Of a stretch of 64,000 bases of DNA, positions 26,901 to 38,900 are shown in pieces. Position 1 is the stretch's first letter, and every line of letters starts with the position of its first letter. The translations under genes were made by a program, and so were the position numbers. The DNA lies in assembly GCA_964187785.1 (NCBI GenBank), contig OZ076409.1, positions 13,766,001-13,830,000 of the forward strand, in the 5' to 3' direction. The notes beneath the pieces are model-generated. The model was not told the DNA's origin. It was given only the letters and a program-made list of their open reading frames with translations, and ran no database searches. The stretch is from Amphiscolops sp. MND2022 (Eukaryota).

Positions 26901-29900
26901 ACAAGGACGAGGTCAAAGACATCTGCTTCCCAAGGTCAGCGTTCGAATACCGTTGCTCTGATTAAAATTCTCGGCACATCAGGAGAACAGTCGTCAATGG
27001 AACGGGTTGTCCAGTGCCTTTTTACTCTATGAAATATTTCATCAGAAAGATCAACTAAATTCTAAAAGCTCATCACTGCATATTTACCCACAAATATGCA
27101 AAATTTATCCTTACTTCATCAACTGTGTCTGTTCAAATTTGTAGCCGGTAGCCCACAACTATTTAAAATTTTAAACTTCATGAAATTTTCAGTAAAAGTT
27201 TTTAATATCAACCCTATTTTGGGTCCGAACACCCCCAAATTCGTATTTTTCAATGCTACATGTTTGGGTGAAATGGCCGCCAAAACTTTGATGAATCTTT
27301 CAAGCAGCTTGATAAAAGCTGTAAAAGTTGGTAATCTAAACGGTGGTCCGAGGCGAAGGTCCGAGACGGATGCCCGTTATTCTCAGCAGTTACAGACTGG
27401 ATGTTTCGTTTCAGCCAAACGAGTGCTCTGTTCCTCACTTGTGCGAAGGAGGATGTGAGGGTTTGGAGCACGGAGACTAACAAGGAGCTGCTGCGGATCC
27501 CTGTGACCAACATGTGCTGCAACGGGGTCTGCATCAAGGAGCCCGGAGACCTCATCATCACAGGTATGTCCGTGTTCAATGAACGTCATAGAAGAAACAC
27601 AAGACGCCCGCTAAGAACCGGGATATTTTCCGCTAAAAATGTAACGCATCATCACGGGTTCGAACCAAACTACCAAACTGCCAACTGCGCCATGGTGACT
27701 AGATTTTACTGAATGGAGTAATAAAGTGGAGATTTGGCAGTTCAGGTAACTGAAATAGTCAAGTATTTAAATTAGTCAAGTTACTAAAATAGTCAAGTGG
27801 AGATGAAGATCGTGGAGATTTGGCAGAATTCGGAAAAAAAACGCAACACAGATTATGATTTTCCTCCCCCATTATATGTGAGCGGAAAATAATAAATTTA
27901 CTTCCCCAATTCAGCAGGGTGGACGCCGAATAAGCAATTCTGCTTTTCTAAGTCGGCGCCCTTTCGAATACTATACCCCGTAGCAAAATATGATACCATA
28001 CTTGCAGCCAATGGTCAAGCAATGGTTGGCTTGAAGCTGTGGTTTCAGAGTGATTTGCACAAGGGTCACAAAAGGTCTGACTGCTCACCGTTGCTCTTTT
28101 TGTTTTTGCTTTTCTCCGCCGTATGCGTTGTTTTGTGTCAATTTTCACACTTCAATGAATTTTTGTCATTGATCATACCACTAAGCTAGGTATAAAGGAC
28201 TTGCTTAAAGCCTAATAATTGTGAGTTGGGAGATATTCGAAATTGAAACTGCTCCAGTACAGGCCGAATGCTCTAACCACTGCCCATGCTCCTACTGATT
28301 TTAGTATCTGAAAAGTAACGCTTTTGCGCCAACAAATCATGTTGGCATATTTTGAATTTTTTGGAAAATGTCCTCCGAATGATCGCCACTATTCAAAATT
28401 TATATAGATTACTTTGTTTCTAATTGTAAAAAACCGAATTTAGATTTTAGAAAAAGGTTTGAGGTACAGAAATTAGTGGTTGAGATACAATCTACCGGAG
28501 ACGTATCTTCTAAAACCAGATTCCTGCATTTGTTATTCCTAGATCTCGACTACTCTGTGAGATTTTTACTTTTAACGTATCTAAAATGCATGAGTTACTC
28601 AATTTTATTATTTAGTTGTATTGATATTTATTTTATACTTATTGAAGGGTGATCGATTACGTAAACAAATAGAAAGATAACTTAGCTTAAAAGGACGACG
28701 CGGCTCGTAGTATTCGTCATCTACTCGTCATCTAATGATAGCGTCGATATAAGCTGCGGACAATTCCGTTCCCAATAAGACCAGTGCTTTTGTAAATATT
28801 CTTTTGTTTCTTGAGGGCCAGCAGCGGCAGAGTACACCCATCTAGATAATTCTTCCCTCCCTTGTTCACGTAAAATATTCCGCCAAGTCGTTCGCCTAAC
28901 TCCAATTACATATTCGTCTAGCGTCCTTTTAATAATAGAATGATCGCGAGTATAAACAGCGTCCCAACCCGAAAGAACTGTCGGTTTAACATTATTCATC
29001 GTAAGTACTAAGTGTGTGCGCAGAGGAGGAATGTAAATTAAGTCGCCGGGACGTTGAAGATGGAAAGTGAAAAATGTAGCTTCTCGCGAGCGAGGACCTC
29101 GTTGAACTAGATTAATAAAACTGGCGACGTCATTATAACAACGCTCAAGTAGGCGAGAAGAGGTATTTGTTGTAGCGGCGCACCAGAGTTTAATACCCGT
29201 ATGTAAATAGGAATACGCAGCGCCGCCACCCACTTCGACGTGTGCTGGACTCAACCACGAACCGTGAATTAAAAGAGCTAGGCTACTAGTAACTTGTTGA
29301 TCTGAAAAGCACGAAGCAGTTAAACAATCTTTAAAGTCCATGTCCGCTTGAATTGATGAAGGAAAATGACGAGTAGCGGCGTTATCAGGACCATACGTAA
29401 TTCCAGTTAAAGGACGACCGGGGAGATTTTCAAAATGTTGCCAAGTAAGACTAGGAAGCTCGGTTAATTCTTTTAGTACGCCACGAGACTCAATATTTAC
29501 ATCAGAAAGTATACAAGGTTCAGTAGGGGAAATTGAAGCGAAATTTACATGTGTTAAAACGGGGAATCGCCGCCACCCCGAATGTATTATATTAAAATCA
29601 GGACAATCACGAAGAGAGAAAAGGACATCCATTTGTTCAACAGCATCAACGCTGCGAGTATTAAAATCAGAACTGTACTGACAATCACGGCTTTTACGCG
29701 TCATTATTATTAAACAAGACAAGTTATATTAACAGGATGGAGATATTAATACAAGACGAGTGAAATCACAACGTATGCAAAATGAATAGAAGAGTGTAGA
29801 TCAAGTCAAAATGCAGTGAATTGAGTAGCGTTCAACTAGCAGCAAGCGAGTGAAAGCGAGAAATGATTTTGGAAAGCCGCCGGCACTATACACACAGCCT

Positions 29901-32900
29901 TACACGGCCGCCACCCGCTATACGCTATACCGGTGGGATTAATACAACTAAAAGTTTGCGACGCGATTTCTCGAAGATGGTGAAAGATAGAAACAAACGG
30001 TTTTCACCATTCAAAACTACATCCAAAGGAGAGCTTAAGTCCGGAAGGGCATTAAAATCGGATGATTACAAGTTGGTGAAAAATGACATTGAAAATAAGT
30101 GCTTTTGGAAAATGACCAAAAATCGACTTTTCGGATTTTTGCAAAACTTAATTATGAAACGTCTAGTGAACCAAAATTATTCGGGATAGTCTTAAATTGA
30201 AGGTATAACAGTTCTTCAGTTACCCTAAAAAGGAAAATTGATAATATTTACCCAGTGTTGAGATCTCGATCAGAAATGGTGTAAAAACAGCGATTTTTGG
30301 CCTAAAAACGGCATTTTCAGCATGTGCGTTGCGATTGCTCAACGAATAACCAATGAAAACGCTCCCCAAGCTCAGCATAGATGTGGCGGGGGTCGGCGGA
30401 GGGAATGGCTATAGAATTAATGCTTAATATGAATTCACCGTAATACCCCGCCAGCGAAGAAAATGGAGACATAGGGAAATTCCCAAAAATCACGATTATG
30501 AAAACGCTAACCCCCCCCCGCACGTTTTGGAAGATATCCGGACCAAACTTACACCCAATACTCCTAAGACCTATGCCCACCTTGTGTTAAAAGGAAATCC
30601 GCCAAAACCTAATAGGAGTTGAGAAAATCGAGGGCAAAGTTGGAGGTCAGGACACAAAAATAGCCAAAATGACACTTTTTGGGAAAATGCAAATAACTTT
30701 TTAACCAACAATGATAGAATGCCCCCCAATAGCTCCAAATCCTCACAATTGAATGGACTAGCGATGTATATAGGCCCCCGGGCTGGTTCCCGAAGCCTCG
30801 ATGAGAAAATTGACCCGAAAGTACCCAAAAATTGACTTGTGGAGACACTGTTTTTGACCACTCCCACTTTGATGCCGTTTTTCTACCCGAAGGAGTCGAA
30901 ATACATAAATGTTGAATAGTAACGAATTTGTAGGCCTTGGATAGACCTTTCAGAAGATATAAACAGTTTTGGCCCCCAGGCACGGAAATACCCATTTTTC
31001 AACAGTTGAAAATGAACCTCAGAATTAGCCATTGTTAAAGGAAATGCATACATGTTTTTTTCGTTCCTTGGAATTATTGAGGGAGCACTCCAATCGATTT
31101 ATTTACAGCGGGACATTCCGCCAGTCATAGGAGGAGTCATTCACACGAGTTGATGACAACATAAGTTAGTAAAAACCGAAGATAAATGATCCGATGTTAA
31201 GACATCTAAGTTGACTCAGAACGTCACACCCCCTTATCTTAGGTGGCTACGAATGAAAACAACTAGACATTCTCAATAAACTCACTTAACCGAGCGTAAA
31301 AATTGTACCGAAAAGGATGATGATTAAATCACTTAGGAAAATTCCCGTAGAAATGAAAAATAACTGACAATAACGAAGTAACTCGGAGTCACGTGACTGA
31401 CCACTCGTCACGAAAGTGACTAAAACACCGAAGAAAACTGAAGTTAAGAAAAGTGGCCATATTTGAGGGCCACAAAGGGATATCAGAGCTAGAGAGCAGT
31501 TGATTACTTTGTCAAGCCAAGAAAATAGAGATTTCGTTCTTTGCAGAATTGGGAAGTGGGACTTCGCCAGATTCTGTCGAGATTGTTTTATTTTCTAACG
31601 CCGTGAGATTCGGGTTAGAGAAAGTTTGAGTTCAGCAGTACTTTAACTGTGGGTTAGCTTAGAGAGACTTTAGCGGAAGTTAATCCGTAGAAACGATACA
31701 GTCCGGGACAGTGAGATAGAGAGAATTCACTTCAAGAACGTTAGAGAAAGTACGGCGAGTTGAGATAATCTTTCATCGATCAATTTGATCACCTTTCAAT
31801 TCTTCCCTCGGGAATACTCATTTATCCTCCGGGATACGTTACCTGCTTTGTATCTAATAAATTATATGTACCCCAAACCATTGGAAATATATTACCATTT
31901 CTGTGGATTTTGTTGTTACCATTCTTATTGAAGTATTAACCCTCTATTATTGATTGATGTTTTAATAAAGCGAAGATTCGTCTTCTTCTAAATATTAGTT
32001 TTCTAACAGCGAGAGCACACGAGACAACCCCTTTGCAAGTCAACAGAATAAAACGGAATTCAGCACTATATGATGCAATAGAACCCCACCACCTCTGAAA
32101 TTATCTTTAGAGTTATAAATTTATGTGAATGCTCAGCCCTATCTTTGTCTCGTGGATAGAGGTACCCTTCGGTTTAATTGAGTAGTAGTGGAGCATTCGA
32201 CAGACTGTTAAAGCTACTTTTCAAAATTCTACATTGGCGCTCCTGGGTGGGCCTATTCCTTTATTTCTGTTGCAATCCCTTTTATCCTCGATTTACACCC
32301 CCTTCTTGCATTCCCTCAACTTTCCTTTGATTTTCCTAATTTCAATCTTCTTATCTTCCATCATCCTTGTTTTTTGGCTGCCCCCACGTCCTTTTCTCAC
32401 CCGCAGAGATGTCAGAAGAAGAAACCCACGACCTCGACTCGCCCCCCGACTCTTCCAAGCCCGCCGAAGGCGACGGCTCAGGTGGTAGTAAACCCCTCTC
32501 TAGTAAGTCAGCGTTTACTTATTCTTGGGATAAATATACGAACGAAAAAGAACGAAAAGAGACAGCGAAACGAAAATTGATGGATTTGATGTTGGAAATG
32601 GAACATGTAAAATTGGAGGCCGGATATGACTCAGACGAATCTTTATCATGTTACCCCGGGAGTAGTGGGAAAACTAAAGCAGTTTACCAAAAATCGCCTA
32701 TTAAACCAGAAAAATTTCCGGGAAAAGATTTTAATCGTTGGGAGCTCTGGGTTAAACACTACAAATCCGTCGTTAAAGCAAATGGTTGGAATGATCGCCA
32801 AGCCATTGCCGCATTGCCTGCTTGTTTAACTTCTTGGGCAGTGGAAGAATTCGAAACAGTTCCGCGCCGTTTTGTTGAAAAATTACCAGGCCAAACAGCA

Positions 32901-35900
32901 CCCCGCTTGGAGTGGTTGCTGGAAGAGCTGAAACCTAAAATGCAACAGTACCGCAGTAAACGGGCAACGCGATCCGAATTTAAGGCGATTCGTCAGCTAG
33001 AAAGTGAAAATCTAAAAGAATATGCCCGACGGGTCCGTCAATTGGGAGAATTAGCTTTTTCTGAAAAAACACTGGCTGAAAGGGACCCTGATCTGCGTGA
33101 TCAATTTTTGGAAGGACTTTTTGATTCTCGAATTCAACAGAAATTGTATGAAGATGAAACAGAGAGGAATTTTTGTGAAATCCTACAAAGAGCACAAGAA
33201 CTTGAACTGATTCAGAAAAATTCGGAAAATAAAAGGCCTCTTCGGGCCGACAAAATTCGATATTGTCAGGAAGATTGCGATCAACTAGACGTAGTTCGAG
33301 CTGGTTATCCCAACTCCAATAACCCCGTAATCGAAGAAAAATTTGCAGCCCTACAGACCTCAATGACTAACGTTGCAAGTCGCTTAGACCGTTTAGATTC
33401 CAATATCTGCAAACAGACTGACCTCTTTGTAAAACAAATACAAGATTTGCCCACCTCAATCTCCACAGCGATTGTGGGAGCATTGGGGAGTGCGCAGAGT
33501 CGCGGTGGTGTACAGTCGCAACAGTGGCAGTCCCAGCCTCTACTTTCTCAGTTAACTCCTAACAGTAGTGCGTCTCAAGTTAGGACAGGTTCGGGCCATG
33601 TAACTATAACTAATCCACCCCCCTCCGTTGCTGAGTGCTTTAGTTGTAAGGAAATAGGACATTTTGCCAGAGACTGCCCGCAGAGGGCTAAACAGGACCA
33701 TTTAAACTGGAAACGGCCGGGTGCGCAGTAGCAGGTTCCACCCGTGCTGGAGACCCCAACCCTCTTAGGTCTGCTACAATTCTTAACAAAGGTTCCACGC
33801 CGTATCACGCACGATCACGCTCCCGCAGCGCCGAAAATCGTTACGGAATTAAAAATAGATCGCGGTACGTAAACCCTAAAACTTGGGAAGAGATGTGCCA
33901 AGAATCAGGACCCGGAGGCTTTTATACTAATATCGAACCCCCAAATGTAAATAGTCCCCTAGTAGAACCCTCCGAAACCGGTTTTAATTCTTTAGAACCA
34001 GGATCCGTAAAAATCCTTCCGAAAGGAGACCCGGAAGAACTTGAAAAATTCAATGGGGTCAAAAATGCGTGCGCAAAATCTAATGAAAAGGAAGCCCCAC
34101 ATGCAATAGCTGCGGGAAAATTTGTCAAAGGTTCAGGCTTGCTTGTTCCCTATCAAGTCGAGGACCAATGCTGTTGGGCCATAGTAGACACCGGTGCGAG
34201 TAACAGCCTAATCAGTAGTACTCTAGCGACCAAGCTAGGAAATGAGATCGTTCCGAACCAAAGTTCGTTGATAGGTCCGGTAGGCAACGTTATGTCCACT
34301 AGAGGACTCATGAAGGCAATGGTGAAAATTGGAGATCTCGTTGCCGAAGACGAATTCGTCGTCGTTGATGGATTGTACCCAGAAGTCCTGATGGGACTAA
34401 AATTCATGATAGAAAGCAAAATTTATCCGAACGTTGTATCGCAAGAGCTCGTGATCAAAAAACCGGACCGTTCTACGGTCGTAGTGCCAATGCAACTCGG
34501 CGGAAGACATGTCCCTTCCCCTGGAAACGAAGCTTATGTGTTCGACACAATACCCGCTCCAGACCATGTCTCTGTGGCCACCGAACTAAACGACGAATTA
34601 GAGAGAGACGTTGACGAAATTCTCAATTTAGCCACGTCGGATCTCGAAAGTGCCGAAATAAAGGAAGAACTGCGAACGCTGATTCGCGAGTATCGTGATG
34701 TGTTTTCCCTACCTAAGGACCCTCTCGGGACAGCGGTAGGAATTGAACACAAAATTGATATAGAGAACTCGCCGCCAATAAAAATTCCTCCGTACAAAAT
34801 CGCTCCACATAAATTAGATGCGATCCGAGCCGAAATTAACGAAATGATAGAAAAGAAAGTAATCGTTCCGAGTAAAAGTCCGTATAGCAGTCCGATTGTT
34901 ATGGTCCCGAAGAAAGACGGCTCTAATCGGATGTGCATCGACTATCGTAAGTTGAACGAAGTGACAGTGAAGGATGCGTATCCGTTGCCGCGGATCGGCC
35001 AGACGATAGACGCGCTACAGGGAGCGGGAGTTTTCTCGTCCCTTGACTTGGCCAGCGGCTATTGGCAAATCCCTGTCGCACCGGAGGATCGTCATAAAAC
35101 AGCGTTTTGTACTCCCGATGGAGGACTCTATGAATGCTTGAAGATGCCGTTCGGCTTGACCAATGCTCCTCCGACGTTCCAAAGATACATGAATGATGTC
35201 TTCAAGGAATTTTTGTATCAGTTCGTGTTAATATTTCTTGACGACGTCTTGACATACAGTAAAACACCGGAAGAACATTTAGCACACCTGAGGAAAGTAT
35301 TTCAAGTATTGAGAATGGCCGGTTTGAAATTGAAGCCAAAAAAATGCAATTTGTTCCAAAACGAAGTTCACTATCTCGGCCACGTCATTAACCAAAAAGG
35401 CATTCAGCCAGACCCGAAAAAGTTAGAAGCCATTCGGACATGGGAACGACCGAAAAATGTGACACAAGTCCGCTCATTCACGGCATTTTGCAATTACTAT
35501 CGGAAATTTGTGAAAAATTTTGCCGAAGTGGCTCGGCCACTCTACTTGCTAACTAGTAAAGGAACGAAATTTACGTGGAACGACGAACACGAAGAAGCTT
35601 TTTGTACACTCAAGGAGCGACTGCTAGCCGGTCCAATACTAGCATTTCCGAATTTTTCGCTCCCTTTTGTGATTGATACGGACGCAAGCGAAACTGCTCT
35701 TGGAGCAGTGCTGTCGCAAGTAGTAGATGGAACCGAGTACCCGATTGCTTTCGAGTCTAGAGTATTGACAAAAACCGAAGTGAATTACGCCACTACTAAA
35801 CGGGAAGCTCTCGGCGTAGTCCAAGCCGTGCAGTGGTTTAGACCGTACATATACGGAACGAAGTGTATAATTAGAACGGATCACGCGAGCCTCCAGTGGC

Positions 35901-38900
35901 TATTCCGGCAGAACGCCGACGGAATGACGTTCCGAATGATCCAAAAGCTGCAAGAGTACGACTACAAAATAGTGCATCGAGCAGGCCAACACCACTGTAA
36001 CGCGGACGGATTAAGTAGGCGGCCAAACGACGTGCCAGAATGGATGCCTGGCGAGGAAGAGGACTTGAGAGGTCCCATTCCCGAATTTGAAAATTTTGAC
36101 ACCGCGCTACTAGATGCGGAACAGGATGTTAAGTCAGCCCGAAGCAAGAAAAACGATGCGAACGAGGACGACGAGTTCGTAAATAGACACGTGCGTTTAC
36201 ATATCCACCGTCCACCGAGGGAAGTCGTCCGTTATAAGACCGGAGAATTTATTAACGCTGGGGACGCGCTAGTCCTCTGTGCATCTGCCGAGATGCGCGT
36301 GCTTAATCTCCCAATGATAACTTTTGTATGCAGGTATTCCCATTTGCGACCGCTGCCCGAGTCATTGAATCAAGTCGGTGGATTTCTTGTGTATAGAGAC
36401 GAAGAGAAGGCGCGATACATCTACGTGTTGATAACTAGAAAAAACGAACACAACGTAGCCACATACGATGATTTGAAAAAGTGTTTAAGGCGAATGTGGT
36501 CGCATGCGAATATTCATGGAGTGTCGGCTTTCGCAATGCCTAGGATAGGCTGTATCGATGACCGTTTGGAATGGATTAACGTGGCAATTTGCTTAGAGAC
36601 AGTGTTTCAAGGAATGTATTGTACGGTAACGGTTTACACTCCCGAACAAGATTTACCGCTATATCCAAACGTAGAACCTCGGACATCGACTAGTCGTTCC
36701 CGAGACCCTGATACGTGCTGCGCCACGGCGATGCCGGAGGAAATGTTATCAACGGGCCAAGTGGGAAGGCGTATATCGTGGACTAAATCCGATAGCGACC
36801 TGGCTAACAAACAACGCTTAGATCCAGCGATGGGAATCCTTTTCCGAGCTATGAAGGATGCAGAATTGTCCCTAAGCGACTCGATGGCTAATCTCGGTCT
36901 TAATCCGATTTCCAAGGAAACAGCGTTGTCATGGAACTGCCCCGAGGCATTGGAACTGTGGAGCAATTGGGAAAGTTTAGCATTAGAAAACAACGTATTG
37001 TATCGAAGGTGGCGTCCCAATAACCGCACACATGAAGTTTGGCAGGCAGTCGTGCCAAAGGAAATGAGAAAAGAGATCCTCTATCAGTTACACGACTCGC
37101 CATTGAGTGGCGGTCACTTCGCTGTAGAAAAAACTTTAGCACGCATTAAGCAACGATTTTGGTGGCCTGCTTTACGTTCGAGCGTAGAGATGCATGTAGC
37201 GAGTTGTCTTCGCTGCGCAGCACGTTCCACAGCCGGGAAGCCGCGGCGAGCGGAACTGCATCCTTTCGAGGTGCAAGCGCCGTTTAAAGTAATGGCGGCC
37301 GACATTCTAGGACCAGTCACGTTAGCAAAGCGCTCGTTGTCCAAGTATATATTAGTAATGTCTGACTTGTACACTAAATACGTTGTGGCGGTTCCGCTGA
37401 AAGACATGACGGCTACTACAGTAGCAACAGCGATAGTAGAGGAGTGGATTACTAAGTTCGGCGCTCCCGACGTGGTTCACACCGACCAAGGGACGAACTT
37501 TAATAGTGAAATGATGCACGACGTCTGTAAAATTTTCATGATTGATAAGACAAGAACGTCCCCGTATCATCCACAAGGCAATGGACAAGTCGAACGATTC
37601 AATCGCGTAATTGCCGACACAATTTCCAAGTATTGTGCAGAAAGACCTCAGGAATGGGACTTATATTTGCCGCATGTTGTTTTTGTGTATAACACTACGG
37701 TGCATAGGACGACAGGAACGACCCCGTTCTCGATGTTGTTCGGCAAAGAAGCGCAGTATCCAATCGATTTGTATTATCCAAAACCGCCTGGCGATCCTCG
37801 TTTAGAATTAAGCGAACCAGCCGCTGAATTGAATGAAAAATTGTACGAGGTGCATGAACATGCGCAAATGACTATGGGGAAAGAACAGCGCCGTCAAAAA
37901 GACTACTATCATCGCAAAGTACACGGCGAACCATTCGAACCAGGAGATCTCGTGTGGCTATTGGAACCGCATAAGGCAAAGTCGCGAAAGTTTTACTTGC
38001 CGTGGCAAGGTCCCTATGAAGTCTTGAGTCGTACCAGCGAAGTCAATTACCGTATCTGTAAGAAAAGTGCTCCCGAAAAATGGCAGAAAGTCCATTTCAA
38101 TCGGTTAAAACCTTTCGTCGGTGATACTCCGCCTCGCAGATCCGAACGCCGAAAGAAACTCGTGGTCTCTAATTACGAAGAATTGCCAAATATTTCAGAG
38201 GAGACTGAAAGTGAAATAGATGGTCTCCCATTCAATGTGTTCAACCCGACAACCGCTGAATCACAAGCCGCTCGTAACAAACCGCACGTGACGTTCGATG
38301 ACGTACCGAAAGTCGCGGAAAAGGCAAGTGACGAAGAATGCCCCGAACCTAATCCCTTATATGTTGACATCCCCGAAGGATCAGTCGCTGATCAAACTCA
38401 TGTTTACGAAGAGATTTCGGAGGGTGGTGACCCCTCTCCGAGAATAGAAGAAGTAGAAGCGAGCGAGAGTAGCTCGGAACCTTGTAGGTCCCGGCAACGT
38501 AAACCGCCCGTTCGTTTCGGAATCGATGACTACACCTCTCGGCGAAAGTAGCGCCGAAGACTCCGAATAGGTCGTTTAGCGAGTATGACCGCTCGGAGTA
38601 CTGCAAACTCGCCCTCGTATTGAAAGCCGATTAGGCTGACTAAAATACGGACGCCAATCGGTACGTGAAGTGATGATCACCTTTTGCGACGCACGCTCGT
38701 GAACGTTCACCACTTCACATTTTTTTGTTTTATACGCCAGTTGCCTTCTTGCCTTGAATACTTCTTAAATAATACAGCAGCTCTCCTCTGTATTCGAAGT
38801 TCTCCACAATACCTCATCAACTAACAAAAACAAAAAAATATATATATATATAGTTCCTCCTCGAATTAGTTAGCTTAGGGTGCTTAAACCCCTTGAAACC

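Noticed and set aside
28721..29722. JmjC ORF as a host gene or nested processed pseudogene
   Set aside because: It lies wholly within both LTRs, 165 nt from the TG terminus, with no poly(A) tail or separate TSD seen. It replicates as part of the element.
29863..30995. Additional small LTR ORFs (108, 87, 98, 128 aa) as genes
   Set aside because: No motifs and low-complexity AT-run composition. Their duplication simply reflects LTR identity.
33729..33872. Stop-codon readthrough of the gag TAG (CAG TAG CAG) as the route to Pol
   Set aside because: The gag frame closes again at a TAA near 33870, and pol is in the -1 frame. The UUUAAAC frameshift explains the junction.
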